64,000 bases of DNA from an uncultured virus (IMG/VR IMGVR_UViG_3300001346_000004) (IMGVR_UViG_3300001346_000004); one strand, 5' to 3'; shown: positions 50,601 to 61,130, numbered from the stretch's first letter. The notes: generated by a model not told the origin, from the sequence alone. Translations and numbers: made by a program.

Positions 50601-53318
50601 TTAGTAAAAAATGCTCCAACAGATCCAGGCGGAACTGTAGGTGCTGGCGGTTATACTAACAAAGGTAACAATGCACAGACAGGAACAACAACATCACTAA
50701 CACTAGCAACTAATGATGATAGTACAGAAGCAGAAATACTAGGTTTAAGATTAATTATTACAAGCGGAAAAGGTGCTGGGCAGTACGGTTACGTAACTTC
50801 TTATAATCCTACTTCAAAAGTTTGTAATGTGTCAAGAGAATCAGATGACGTTGCAGGCTGGGATCATGTTATTCCAGGAACACCAGCACAAACATCATTG
50901 TTCACAGACAATACTTACAGATTAGAACCAAGACCAACATTTAGCCATCCAGGGTTTACAGTAGGCGATATTAACATGGGTGCTACTAACGCATGGGCAA
51001 ATGTTGCATATGGAGAAACTACAGCATCTTTTAGTGCTGTTCAAGGAACAACAACAGGCGGAACAGGTACACCTATTGCAGAAGCAACATGGAATGTTAC
51101 AAAAGTTGCAAGAAAATATACAATAACAAATGTTGAAGTAGGGTCAGGATACGAAGTTGGCCAAGAAATTACTATCGACGGCGCTGCACTGGGCGGAACA
51201 GCCGGTGAACATGATTTAGTTATTACTGTATTAGAAGTTTCTGAAGATAGTACAAATACATTAGTAAGATGGGAACATACAGGAACAGCAGATAGTGGAA
51301 AATTTGTAGTAACACCAACCGCTGGAGCAGATTTTACATACAGTTCCGATGGCGAAACTTGGACAGTAGGAACACTTCCACTGTCTGGAAATTGGAAATG
51401 TGTTGCAGCAGGCGGAAATGCTTTTGTTACATTATCTAGAGGTACTAGTTTTGCAGCATACAGTACAAATGGAACTAGTTGGACTTCTGTTAGTTTGCCT
51501 TATGATAGAAATTGGAATTCAGTTGTATATGGTAAATCATCTAACGGCACCGGCAACGGAGTATTCCTAGCAGTTGCAGCAAATACTGATGCAGGTGTAT
51601 ATAGTACAGACGGCGGTCAAACTTGGAAAGCAACTACATTACCTGACATAGGTGATTCAACATTTAACGAATGGGTTGATGTTGCTTATGGTGCAGGAAG
51701 ATTTGTAGCAGTTGCAAACAGTGGTAACTTTGTAGCAGTAGGCGAATATAATTCAGTTACAGATGCTTGGACATGGAATCCAGAAATTATGGACGTGATT
51801 GATGATTCATCAACTAAGGATTGGAAAACAATCACATATGGTAATAACAGATTTGTTACTATATCAGGAACTGGCGAAATTGCATACAGTTTCGACGGAA
51901 CGATATGGTATGGATCTGTAATGCCAACACAAGATGGTTCAACAGCACATGACTGGAAAATGGTTAGATACGGACAAGGTGTTTTCATTGCAATTGGTGA
52001 TACTGATCAACGTACTATTGGTGGAGACGACCCTGTAGATGCTACTTCTAATTATGCTGCATCATCAGAAGATGGAGTAACATGGACAGAGAGAACATTA
52101 ACACAAACATCTAATTGGACAGGAATAGGTTTTGGAAATCCTGATATTTCAACTGGTGACTCAACTACACAATCAAACAGCACAGGCACATGGATTGCAG
52201 TTGCTAAAGATGTTGCTACTGGTAATAAAATTTTAACAGGATCAAGAGCAAAAGGAAGAATTATTGTTGAAAGCAGAAATATTTCTGAAGTAAGAATGTG
52301 GGACGTAGGTAGCGGATACAACGATAGTCAACCAACACTTACAATTACTGATCCTGGTAATACAATTGATGCATATGTTGAAATAAGAATGGGCGATGCT
52401 GTACTTGGCCAACCTAGTTGGGTAAACAGAGGCGCAGGTTATAGAACTTCAAGCACACAGGTAAGCGTATTAGGAGATGGTTTTGCAGATGTTATACCAA
52501 AAGGACAGTTTGTAACTATTTCAGGAATAATTGGTCCAGTACCAGGTCCTGGAACACAGTTAAGATTCCGTGGTGCAACAGAATTTTATACTACTCAAAC
52601 TTCAACACTTGAAAACACTGATAGTAACGGAAGCCAAACAGTATTATTTAGAATAACTCCTAAACTAACACTAAGTGATTTCTTAGAACATACGTCACAA
52701 GTAGAAATTAGAGAAAGATATTCACAGGTTAGGATTACTGGACACGACTTCCTTGACGTAGGAACAGGAAACGCAGTACAAACAAACTATCCTGTACTTT
52801 ATTCAACAGGAATTTATACAGGTGCACCAGAAAATGAAGTTGTAGAACTTAACGGTGGACGTGTATTCTATACATCAACAGACCAAAACGGTAACTTTAG
52901 ATGTGGAGAATTATTTGCTGTTGAACAGGCAACAGGTATTGTAACTATTAGTGCTGACTTCTTTGATCTAGGTGGATTAACTGAACTAGCACTTGGTGGT
53001 GTTAGACTAGGTGGTTCAGGAGCAGTTGTTAGAGAATTTTCAACAGATCCTGCATTTACACAAGATAGTAATAATGTTGTACCAACACAAAGAGCAATTA
53101 AAGCATACTTACAAAATAGATTAAATGTTGGTGGATCTGATCTACTAACAGCGAGCTTTATTGCTGGTACTATTAAGGTAGGACCTAATCTAATTGACAA
53201 CGTTGCTAGCCTCGAAGTATTGTTCCCAGGACCTGTAGCGTTTAGAGGATCTGATGCAAATATTAGCGGAACGTTAGTAGGACAACAACTATTTTTAAGA
53301 AGAGAAGAGGATCTTTAG
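47655..53318 (+). CDS. Giant fibre/spike protein A (1887 aa)
   Basis: Seven N-terminal CBM5/12-like repeats (W...Y..GD.V.YGG..Y.C), YVS..G.D...P.KTI beta-helix start, RSPYIQNC, W..V.YG..FVA propeller repeats, C-terminal GHDFLDVGTG...STDQ.GNFR. Confidence 0.8.
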   Translation: MAEFKISRLRYTWRNIWNTSTSYNKDDVVRYGGSTYVCVRQHTSSAFQTDQDYLANPGDTAPTVAWLKMTDGYYWRGNWAGSTLYASGDLVLYGGVVYLVATSHTSDTNFITNADKVAEYVSLYAWTADWAAATRYGIGDVVRYNGFVYKCIAEHTSGSVAQGAEIGNSDGLDDSTKELWEIVNEGIQYVGTFTAATRYRPNDLMKYGGSLLRCTIGHTSASTIDSTYFVTELPGNNFYQTWADDVMYAVGDVVRHGGHIFIANKNNNDINPTTSLYATPDRSVPNDEWKLLAKGINLVGDWAVGQSYKTGDVVRRGGYVYVAILDTAITDDGSSLDYLDDSNWEIVLPGQAWRNAWTSGSQFEIGDIALYRGTAYTCNVAHTSSSENFPGDNGSGFSYWDILSLAGEGVGLSVQGDLLTFDLTRGLVGDGSTFGATSLPIGTEGQLVAVNTSDSIEYKTYGNVQKLIYVSNDGIDDLNANRGINPEKPYKTIRYAAERVAGRADTNETIIRVNAGTYDEVLPIVVPEGTAINGAELRTTTVRPCKPDASLATDLPFHKIALDRISDIVEAVIQRTTVSPSVGNTVSQVTTNIVFQTVPYVPPQYEFGPDENGLYGPELFQTPYIDTTIGTQIQDLIVDDVVPYLDYYLSSVGSNPVITGSNTRTDHVGTEAIAQDYAVENARRIFEANRLFVIAEVIAFMKVTQPTYTFDEAVLTDMLNRYIDAFIYDTTYVGNYASFQAARYYKNKVNGSDTEDMFYVRNATGIKDFTLKNLSGTLNPPEVFELYKRPTGGAYISLDPGWGPADTRCWIMKRSPYIQNCTTFGANCIGQKIDGALHNGGNKSITSNDFTQVISDGIGAWVLNNGRGELVSVFTYYNQIGMFAEKGGVIRATNGNSSYGDFGAVSDGNDPTETPAFAEVDNRTGQAIVASAFAGEVNDEILILEYTNAGENYTQADYTFVGSGVNAQVKQEDFRDDAVFEALVKNAPTDPGGTVGAGGYTNKGNNAQTGTTTSLTLATNDDSTEAEILGLRLIITSGKGAGQYGYVTSYNPTSKVCNVSRESDDVAGWDHVIPGTPAQTSLFTDNTYRLEPRPTFSHPGFTVGDINMGATNAWANVAYGETTASFSAVQGTTTGGTGTPIAEATWNVTKVARKYTITNVEVGSGYEVGQEITIDGAALGGTAGEHDLVITVLEVSEDSTNTLVRWEHTGTADSGKFVVTPTAGADFTYSSDGETWTVGTLPLSGNWKCVAAGGNAFVTLSRGTSFAAYSTNGTSWTSVSLPYDRNWNSVVYGKSSNGTGNGVFLAVAANTDAGVYSTDGGQTWKATTLPDIGDSTFNEWVDVAYGAGRFVAVANSGNFVAVGEYNSVTDAWTWNPEIMDVIDDSSTKDWKTITYGNNRFVTISGTGEIAYSFDGTIWYGSVMPTQDGSTAHDWKMVRYGQGVFIAIGDTDQRTIGGDDPVDATSNYAASSEDGVTWTERTLTQTSNWTGIGFGNPDISTGDSTTQSNSTGTWIAVAKDVATGNKILTGSRAKGRIIVESRNISEVRMWDVGSGYNDSQPTLTITDPGNTIDAYVEIRMGDAVLGQPSWVNRGAGYRTSSTQVSVLGDGFADVIPKGQFVTISGIIGPVPGPGTQLRFRGATEFYTTQTSTLENTDSNGSQTVLFRITPKLTLSDFLEHTSQVEIRERYSQVRITGHDFLDVGTGNAVQTNYPVLYSTGIYTGAPENEVVELNGGRVFYTSTDQNGNFRCGELFAVEQATGIVTISADFFDLGGLTELALGGVRLGGSGAVVREFSTDPAFTQDSNNVVPTQRAIKAYLQNRLNVGGSDLLTASFIAGTIKVGPNLIDNVASLEVLFPGPVAFRGSDANISGTLVGQQLFLRREEDL

Positions 53319-53339
53319 GGAGAACTATAGTAACATGGA

Positions 53340-53345
53340 TAAATA
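53340..53345 (+). promoter_or_regulatory. Late promoter TAAATA
   Basis: Intergenic, 23 nt before ATG 53369. Confidence 0.55.
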
Positions 53346-53368
53346 TAATATAACAATGGAAAGATACA

Positions 53369-56300
53369 ATGGCTGAATTTAAACTAGGTAGAATTAGATT
53401 TGTTTGGAAGGACTCTTGGGCACCTTCTTCAACGTACTACGTCGATGACGTTATACGATATGGCGGCCGTACTTACATTTGTGCGGTAGGACATACATCA
53501 GACTCAACAGATTTTAACACAGATTTAGAGTATAGTCCGACTAAATGGAATCAAATGAGCGATGGTCAATCCTGGAAAGGCGATTGGGCAGTATCTACAT
53601 TTTACAAAATTAACGACGTTGTTAAATATGGTGGTTTACTATACCTTTGTAATGATTCTCACACATCAAATTCAAGTTTAGGAACAGGAGCCGCAGGCGC
53701 TGAAACTACAACTGGATTAGAAGTAGACACAACCAAGTGGGATTTATTTGCTGAAGGTTTTGATTGGAAAACTGATTGGACTGTATTAACAAGATACAAA
53801 GTAAACGATTTAGTCAAGTATGGCGGAACAACTTATGTTTGTAAAACAGCACATACTTCAACTGCTACAGTTGCAGATGGTTTAGAAGCACAACAAAGTT
53901 ATTGGGATTATTTCAATCAAGGAATTGAATACAAAGCCGATTGGGCACCAGCAACTAGATATAAAGTTAATGATGTTGTTAAGAGAGGCGCTGGCTTATG
54001 GATAGTCAAGGCAGCTCAGAGTCATACTTCAACAACAGATTTTGCAGCAGACGTAACTAGCGGATACTGGGAACAGTTTGTAGAAGGTTTTGAATACGAA
54101 AATAATTGGAACATTGGTACTCCTTATCAGTCAGGCGATATTGTAAGATATGGTGGTAACCAATATGTATCAAAAACACAACACACAGGAACAGTTCCTA
54201 CAGCATCAAGTCAAACTGATTGGGATTTATTAAGCGAAAACTTTACATACCAAGGCGATTGGTCTATTAACACATCATATAAGATTGGTGATGCTGTTAG
54301 ATTAAACGGATATACATACAGAGCAGTTAAGGATTCTCCTTCAACTGTACTAAGTGTTACTGCAACATCTGCAGTTGATAACACATTTACAGTAGCAGAT
54401 ACTTCTGCACTTGTTGCAAACATGGCTGTTAGATTTACATCAGGTACAATTGGAAATGTATTTGAAGGTGCAACATATTATATTAAAACAGTTACTAACG
54501 CAACGAAGTTTACTATTTCTATAGCGCCAGCAGGAACTGAATTTGTTCCTACAACTGCTACAGGAACTATGGTTGGTAGAGCAGCAGCAATTGCTCCTAA
54601 CACAACATATTGGTATCAAGTAGCCAGCGGTTTTGCTTGGCAAGGTACATGGACTGATGACAATGGATATTTTGTAGGTGACGTTGTACGCTTTGGTTCA
54701 AACAGTTATATCTGTATACTAAATCATAGATCAGAAGGTGACGATGGATCAACAGTAGGCGCAGCAGGTGGCGGCGCAGACAATTCAAGACCAGATCAAG
54801 ATATTTCAGGAACGTATTGGAATGCATTTACAATTGGTAGTGATGTTTCAGTATTGACAACTGAAGGTGATATGGTTTACTACTCAGGTGCTGGACCAAC
54901 AAGACTTCCGATTGGAGAAGAAGGACAAGTTCTAGTATCAACAGGAACACTTCCAGAATGGAAATCATTAGGAAAAACAGATCAAATCTATTACGTTGCT
55001 CCGCACGGAACAGATGGACTTTCACCAGTTCACGGTTCATCACTTGATAGACCATTTAAAACAATTAGATATGCTTGTGAACAAATAGAAGATGGACCAA
55101 GAAATCCTAACGCACAGCATTTGTTAGAAAGAAATAGAGTATTCTTACAAAGAGAAACTTCAAGTTGGATCCAATATCAAGTTGCTAACGCAGGCGGCTC
55201 TGGTATTTGGAACGGTTTTGATTTCGACGAATACAAATGTGAAAGAGACGTTGGTTTTATAATTGATAGAATTATTTGGGATCTTGGACACGGCGGAAAT
55301 TTAAAAGTACGTGCAGCAGCACTATCTTTTGTTAACGGATTTAGTGCAGATGGCGAATTTTCAGCAGCATCAGAAGATAAAGTTTATGGTGGTGCAGGAC
55401 TTGCAGCAGAAGCTCAACAGTCTGTAGCAGCATACACATACCTAGAAACAATTATGGGTAATGTATTAGCAAATACAGCACCAGCAGTTGCATATCAAGA
55501 TGGTACTGACTCAACAGCAGTTGCAGACCAATACTTTAACACTACTCTTGTAACTGAAACAGGTGTTACTACATCTGTAGCATCACTATTAAAGATTGTA
55601 ACAGATACTGTCACAGCAGGCGACACAAGTGCAATTCCAGAAAGAATTGTACCTAATGCATTAGTGTATGTAAAAGCAGGACAGTACAAAGAAATATTAC
55701 CTATCATTGTTCCAGCAGAAGTTTGTATATTAGGTGATGAAGTTAGAACAGTAAACGTTGATGCGGCTGACGCAACTGAAAGCGGTACTGACATAACTGA
55801 TTCATACTACTCTATAGAAACTTTGAAACACTTGAAAGGATTCATTGACAATGTTGTACAAGGTACAACAGTAACTCCTACTACAGGAAACACAACTACA
55901 CAAGACCAAACATGGCCTGTAGCAGACGATACCGAAACACCAGCACTTACAGCGAAGTTAGCCGATGTAATCATGGAGCAAATTGATTTTAAACTTGGTG
56001 TAAAACATACAACCAATTTAACAGAGCCAACAGGATACAATGCGGGTTACTTGGCAGGTTATGGTACCGCTAAAGAAAACGTTACTGAAAATAAAAAATT
56101 CCTACAAGAAGAAGTTATTCAGTATATTACAAATAACTATTCAACTTTAAAATACAGTAAAACTAAATGTAGACAAGATGTTGGTTACATTGTAGATGCT
56201 TTAAGTTATGATTTAACTTATGGTGGAAATTATCAAACACTAAATGCAGCAAAAGCATATTGGGATGGAGAAAGTTCTACAAGTGCATTGAATAGTAATG

Positions 56301-59300
56301 CAGTTACACAGACTATTGCAGCATACAATTACTTAAAAACATTATTAGGACAAATTGTAAGGAACCAAGCAATTACACCTTTACAAACTAATACTCCACG
56401 TTATCTGAATTCAGATGCAGGTGCTACACCCGCAACATTTGTATCAGATAACTTTGATATTATACTTAATACACTTGCTGGAGATTCAACAGGAGCAGAC
56501 TTACCGTTTGTTACTGTAACTACAACAGCATCAAATGTTATTACAACAAGTGCAGCACACGGATTACAAGTTGGCGATGCATTTATTCCTTTAGAAAGTT
56601 CAAATAACTTAGTAGCAAATACAAAATATTGGATTATAAGCACACCAGCAGCAACTACTTTCACAGTTAGTTTAACATTTGGTGGAAGTGTTGTTACATT
56701 AACAGATGCAACAGGACTAAGTGTACCAGCTCACGTTGAGAACTATCCAGCAGTTACTAATGCTGTAAGTTCAACAACAGCACTTATCACCGCTGCAGAG
56801 ACCTTAGATGCGCAGCAAGAGGCCCTTGCAACACTGGTTACTACTTACATTACTAACAACTTTCCTACACTTACATATGATTCTGCTAAGTGTAAAAGAG
56901 ATACAAGATTAATTCTCGAAGCAGTTATGTTTGACTTTATGTTAGGTGCTGGAGCATCTAACGCAGACTCAACAAATTTTGCAACACACATTGCAGCAAT
57001 AGCATATTTGCGTAGTACTTCAAGCGATGTATACACTAAAGGACAAAAAGCCGCTACTAGAGCGTCTTTCAAAGAACTAGCAAGAATAATTGCTGCTGAT
57101 ACTGCAACATACTTAAACAGTGATGCAACAGCCGCAGCAAGAGTTGTATTATTGATGGATAAATTAGACACAATATTCTTTAGTGCAACAAACGAAGGAG
57201 ATGTTTGTGCAACTGATGTTAGAAACAGAGACTATGCTAGATTAAAACTTGAAGAAAATAGAGCATTTATTAAAGCAGAAGTTGCTGCATATATCGATCA
57301 AACATTTAGCGATACTGCAACAGCAACAGACGCTGGTACAAATTCTTTAACAATAACTGATACTAGTTGGCTAGTAAGAAATGTTGCAATACAATTTACA
57401 GGAACTGTAATTGGTGGATTAGCAACAGGCACAACTTATTATGTAAAAGAAATTATTAATGCAACATCGTTTACTGTAAGCACAACTAGATACGGTGCTA
57501 ATGCTCTTGGATTATCAACAGCATCAGGCGGTACAATGGGTGTTGAAATAGTTTATAGCGAAACAGCATGTGCTAGAGATGTAGACAAATATATTGATGC
57601 AATGAAATGGGATTTACAATGGTCTTCAAATTATAAATCAAGATATTGCGCAAGATATTATGCCAATTCAGTTACAGGTAGCATGGAAGAAGATTTCTTC
57701 TACTTACGTAACGGAACTGGTTTACGTAATATGACACTTGACGGATTACGTGGAGACGTATTACCACCAAACGAATATGGAACATCTAGAGTATCAGCAG
57801 GTGCTTACGCTTCATTAGATCCAGGTTGGGGAGTAGATGACTTCCGTACTTGGATTATTGCACGTTCACCATATGTACAAAACGTTGCAACATTTGGTAA
57901 TGCTGCTATTGGTCAAAAAATTGACGGAGCATTACACGCAGGCGGTAACGATTCAATAGTATCAAACGACTTTACACAATTAATTAGTGATGGTATTGGT
58001 GCTTGGGTAGCAAACAATGGTAGAGCAGAGCTTGTATCAGTGTTTACATATTACTCACACATTGGTTACTTGGCTACAGAAGGTGGAAGAATTAGAGGTA
58101 CAAACGGTAACAACTCATACGGATCGTTTGGTTCAGTAGCAGAAGGTTTTGATTCAACTGAAACTCCTGGAACAGCGATTGTTGATAACAGATTACAGTT
58201 TGAATCAACAGTTGGAAGTGTTATGACTGACGCTGCTAATAAAATTCTTAACTTTGAATTTACTAATGCTGGTTCAGAATACACTGAAACTCAATGGGGA
58301 CTGTTTGGTGCAGGATCAAATGCAACAGCAGAACAAGATAAAGAATTTAGAGATGACTCTGTATTCGAAGTAAGACTTCTTGATAATGTTGATGATTCAA
58401 CATCAGCACCAGAAGCAGCAGGAAACTACGGTGGGTTTGGATACATTACAAATTCAAACACTGCACAGGGCGGAACAACATCACAAATTACAATTGCTGC
58501 AACTGACTCTGAAACATCTTTGGCTTATATAGGTATGAGAGTTTACCTAGATGGCGGTACAGGTGTTGGGCAGTTTGGTAATATTGCAACATATAACTCA
58601 GGTACTAAAGTAGCAACTGTTACAAAACCTTCAACAGGCGCAGCAGGCTGGGATCATATAGTACCAGGTACTACTATTGCAGCACCTGATGCATCAACAA
58701 CTTATACAATTGAACCTCAAGTAGCGTTTACTGCACCAACTCATAGTACTACTGCTAGAACTACTAATGGAAGTACAACTTGGACAGGAATTACATATAG
58801 TGAGTTCTATAACACTTATGCAACTATTTCACAAAACTCAACAACAGGATCTGGATCTGGCGCAACATTTAATGTTACTGCAAAAGGTACCAAGTATAGA
58901 GTTGATTTAATTGCTGGCGGAACTGGCTATGCTGCAAATGAAGTTTTAACATTTAACGGTGCAGCAGTTGGCGGAACAACCGGCGCAAACAACATTACAA
59001 TTACAATTACATCAGTTAATGCTTCCTCTGGTGCAATCCTAGCATTTGATAAGGATGGTACAGCACGAGGTGGAACATTTGTTGCAATTAGTAGTGCAAG
59101 TGGTACAACTACAAACGCATCATTAGATGCATCTACATTTACTGCAGGCACAGCATTACCAGTAAGTACAACTTGGACAGGAATTGCTGCAGGACGCTTA
59201 CAAAGAGTTATTAGTGCAGGAAATTTTGTTGTAGGACGTTCTTACACAATTACAACACCAGGTGACACACCTTGGTTATCAATTGGATCAACTTCAATTG

Positions 59301-61108
59301 TTACAGGAACAACATTTGTTGCTACTGGTGTAGGATCATTTACAACAATTGCAGGTGAAGCAAGAGAAAATGCAGCAGCAATAGTTGCTATAGCAGGAGG
59401 CAGTGGTGTTGATGATGTTGCTTATTCATTAGACGCTGGTGCAACTTATGTAGCAGGTGGTAATTTACCAAGCACAGGAACTTGGAACGCAATTGGATAC
59501 GGTGCTGGTAACTTTATGGCAATCAAAACTGGTACAAACGCAGTTGCACTGTCAATAACTAACGGCGTATCATGGACTTCCCCAGGAACATTACCTAGTG
59601 CAACAACTTGGGAAAGCATTGCATACGGTCAAGGATACTGGGTAGCAGTAGCAAGTGGCGGCACAGCAGCAGCATACTCCAGCGATCTTGGAGTAACATG
59701 GACAGCAGCAACTTTACCAAGCAGCTCAAACTGGAGCAGTGTAACTTATGGTAATAACAGATTCGTTGCAGTTTCATCAACAAACGGAACAGTAGCCGCA
59801 GTAAGTATTGACGGTGGAGTAACATGGATAGCAAGTACACTTCCGGCTACAGCACAATGGTCTAATATTGAATACGGACAAGGTATGTTTGTAGCAGTAA
59901 GTAACGGTGCAAATTATGCTACATCACCAGATGGTATTGTTTGGACTGCAAGAACACATGCAGAAAGCAATGGATTAGTAGCAACAGCATTTGGTAATCC
60001 ACAGCAAGTAGGTAGTTTCTTAGGAGTTAGACAAGGAAGTGGTAACGGAGCAATGCAAATTAAAGCAGGTGCAACTACTACTGGTAGAGCATTTGTTGCA
60101 ACTGAAAAAATATTTGCAATTAGACTTGTAGAGCCAGGCAGTGGATATAGCACAGCACCTACATTAACTATTACAGATCCTAATAATACATACGAAGCAC
60201 CTACACAAGTTAGAATCGGTAAAGGTGCATTAGGTTGCCCATCCTTTACTAATAGAGGAACAGGATATACTTCAGCAAGTGCAGACTTGTTAAGTGGTAA
60301 CGGTTTTGCAGACTTATTCCAAAGCGGACAGTTTGTTGCTGTAAGAAGACTTTCAAAAATTCCAGCAGTAGGATCAAACGTTGTGTTTGGACACTTGCCA
60401 GAAAGAACATTTAAACTGGTACAGGTTATTTCACTACTAGGTTCATATGATGGAAGTTATACAGCATTCTTACAAATTGCACCAGATGTAACAGTATTTG
60501 ATACACCACCAGATGGAGCAACAGTAACTACTAGAATTAGATATTCACAGGTACGTTTGACAGGACACGATTTCCTAGATGTTGGTACTGGTGGATTTAC
60601 TACTACTAACTATCCTAATACACCAACTCAGTTGCCAGATCAAGCAAATGAAACAAAAGATAACAACGGTGGTAGAGTATTCTTTACATCAACTGACCAA
60701 GACGGTAACTTTAGAGTTGGCGACTTGTTTACAATTGAACAATCAACTGGTGTTGCAACATTGAATGCTGATGCATTTAATATTTCAGGACTACAAGAAC
60801 TTACACTAGGTGAAGTTACACTAGGTGGTAACTCAGCAAGTGTACAAGAGTTTAGTACAGATCCATTCTTTAGTGCTAATAGTGATAATATTGTTCCAAC
60901 GCAGAGAGCAATTAAATCGTACATCAGTTCACAAATTGGTGGCGGTGGTGCTTCTCTTAACGTTAACAGTGTAACGGCTGGATTTATTACAATCCAAAAC
61001 AACACTATTACTACTACAACAGGCGGTGTAATTGAAATGAATGCTAAATTCAACTTTAAAGGTGGCGTTGTGGGCCTTCCTTTAGCATATAATTACTTTT
61101 TGAACTAA
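53369..61108 (+). CDS. Giant fibre/spike protein B (2579 aa), paralogue of A
   Basis: Same collinear architecture from MAEFK to the C-terminus, with inserted modules and four KCxRD-type helical repeats. Confidence 0.8.
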   Translation: MAEFKLGRIRFVWKDSWAPSSTYYVDDVIRYGGRTYICAVGHTSDSTDFNTDLEYSPTKWNQMSDGQSWKGDWAVSTFYKINDVVKYGGLLYLCNDSHTSNSSLGTGAAGAETTTGLEVDTTKWDLFAEGFDWKTDWTVLTRYKVNDLVKYGGTTYVCKTAHTSTATVADGLEAQQSYWDYFNQGIEYKADWAPATRYKVNDVVKRGAGLWIVKAAQSHTSTTDFAADVTSGYWEQFVEGFEYENNWNIGTPYQSGDIVRYGGNQYVSKTQHTGTVPTASSQTDWDLLSENFTYQGDWSINTSYKIGDAVRLNGYTYRAVKDSPSTVLSVTATSAVDNTFTVADTSALVANMAVRFTSGTIGNVFEGATYYIKTVTNATKFTISIAPAGTEFVPTTATGTMVGRAAAIAPNTTYWYQVASGFAWQGTWTDDNGYFVGDVVRFGSNSYICILNHRSEGDDGSTVGAAGGGADNSRPDQDISGTYWNAFTIGSDVSVLTTEGDMVYYSGAGPTRLPIGEEGQVLVSTGTLPEWKSLGKTDQIYYVAPHGTDGLSPVHGSSLDRPFKTIRYACEQIEDGPRNPNAQHLLERNRVFLQRETSSWIQYQVANAGGSGIWNGFDFDEYKCERDVGFIIDRIIWDLGHGGNLKVRAAALSFVNGFSADGEFSAASEDKVYGGAGLAAEAQQSVAAYTYLETIMGNVLANTAPAVAYQDGTDSTAVADQYFNTTLVTETGVTTSVASLLKIVTDTVTAGDTSAIPERIVPNALVYVKAGQYKEILPIIVPAEVCILGDEVRTVNVDAADATESGTDITDSYYSIETLKHLKGFIDNVVQGTTVTPTTGNTTTQDQTWPVADDTETPALTAKLADVIMEQIDFKLGVKHTTNLTEPTGYNAGYLAGYGTAKENVTENKKFLQEEVIQYITNNYSTLKYSKTKCRQDVGYIVDALSYDLTYGGNYQTLNAAKAYWDGESSTSALNSNAVTQTIAAYNYLKTLLGQIVRNQAITPLQTNTPRYLNSDAGATPATFVSDNFDIILNTLAGDSTGADLPFVTVTTTASNVITTSAAHGLQVGDAFIPLESSNNLVANTKYWIISTPAATTFTVSLTFGGSVVTLTDATGLSVPAHVENYPAVTNAVSSTTALITAAETLDAQQEALATLVTTYITNNFPTLTYDSAKCKRDTRLILEAVMFDFMLGAGASNADSTNFATHIAAIAYLRSTSSDVYTKGQKAATRASFKELARIIAADTATYLNSDATAAARVVLLMDKLDTIFFSATNEGDVCATDVRNRDYARLKLEENRAFIKAEVAAYIDQTFSDTATATDAGTNSLTITDTSWLVRNVAIQFTGTVIGGLATGTTYYVKEIINATSFTVSTTRYGANALGLSTASGGTMGVEIVYSETACARDVDKYIDAMKWDLQWSSNYKSRYCARYYANSVTGSMEEDFFYLRNGTGLRNMTLDGLRGDVLPPNEYGTSRVSAGAYASLDPGWGVDDFRTWIIARSPYVQNVATFGNAAIGQKIDGALHAGGNDSIVSNDFTQLISDGIGAWVANNGRAELVSVFTYYSHIGYLATEGGRIRGTNGNNSYGSFGSVAEGFDSTETPGTAIVDNRLQFESTVGSVMTDAANKILNFEFTNAGSEYTETQWGLFGAGSNATAEQDKEFRDDSVFEVRLLDNVDDSTSAPEAAGNYGGFGYITNSNTAQGGTTSQITIAATDSETSLAYIGMRVYLDGGTGVGQFGNIATYNSGTKVATVTKPSTGAAGWDHIVPGTTIAAPDASTTYTIEPQVAFTAPTHSTTARTTNGSTTWTGITYSEFYNTYATISQNSTTGSGSGATFNVTAKGTKYRVDLIAGGTGYAANEVLTFNGAAVGGTTGANNITITITSVNASSGAILAFDKDGTARGGTFVAISSASGTTTNASLDASTFTAGTALPVSTTWTGIAAGRLQRVISAGNFVVGRSYTITTPGDTPWLSIGSTSIVTGTTFVATGVGSFTTIAGEARENAAAIVAIAGGSGVDDVAYSLDAGATYVAGGNLPSTGTWNAIGYGAGNFMAIKTGTNAVALSITNGVSWTSPGTLPSATTWESIAYGQGYWVAVASGGTAAAYSSDLGVTWTAATLPSSSNWSSVTYGNNRFVAVSSTNGTVAAVSIDGGVTWIASTLPATAQWSNIEYGQGMFVAVSNGANYATSPDGIVWTARTHAESNGLVATAFGNPQQVGSFLGVRQGSGNGAMQIKAGATTTGRAFVATEKIFAIRLVEPGSGYSTAPTLTITDPNNTYEAPTQVRIGKGALGCPSFTNRGTGYTSASADLLSGNGFADLFQSGQFVAVRRLSKIPAVGSNVVFGHLPERTFKLVQVISLLGSYDGSYTAFLQIAPDVTVFDTPPDGATVTTRIRYSQVRLTGHDFLDVGTGGFTTTNYPNTPTQLPDQANETKDNNGGRVFFTSTDQDGNFRVGDLFTIEQSTGVATLNADAFNISGLQELTLGEVTLGGNSASVQEFSTDPFFSANSDNIVPTQRAIKSYISSQIGGGGASLNVNSVTAGFITIQNNTITTTTGGVIEMNAKFNFKGGVVGLPLAYNYFLN

Positions 61109-61130
61109 ATAACAGTGGAGAACAAATAAA

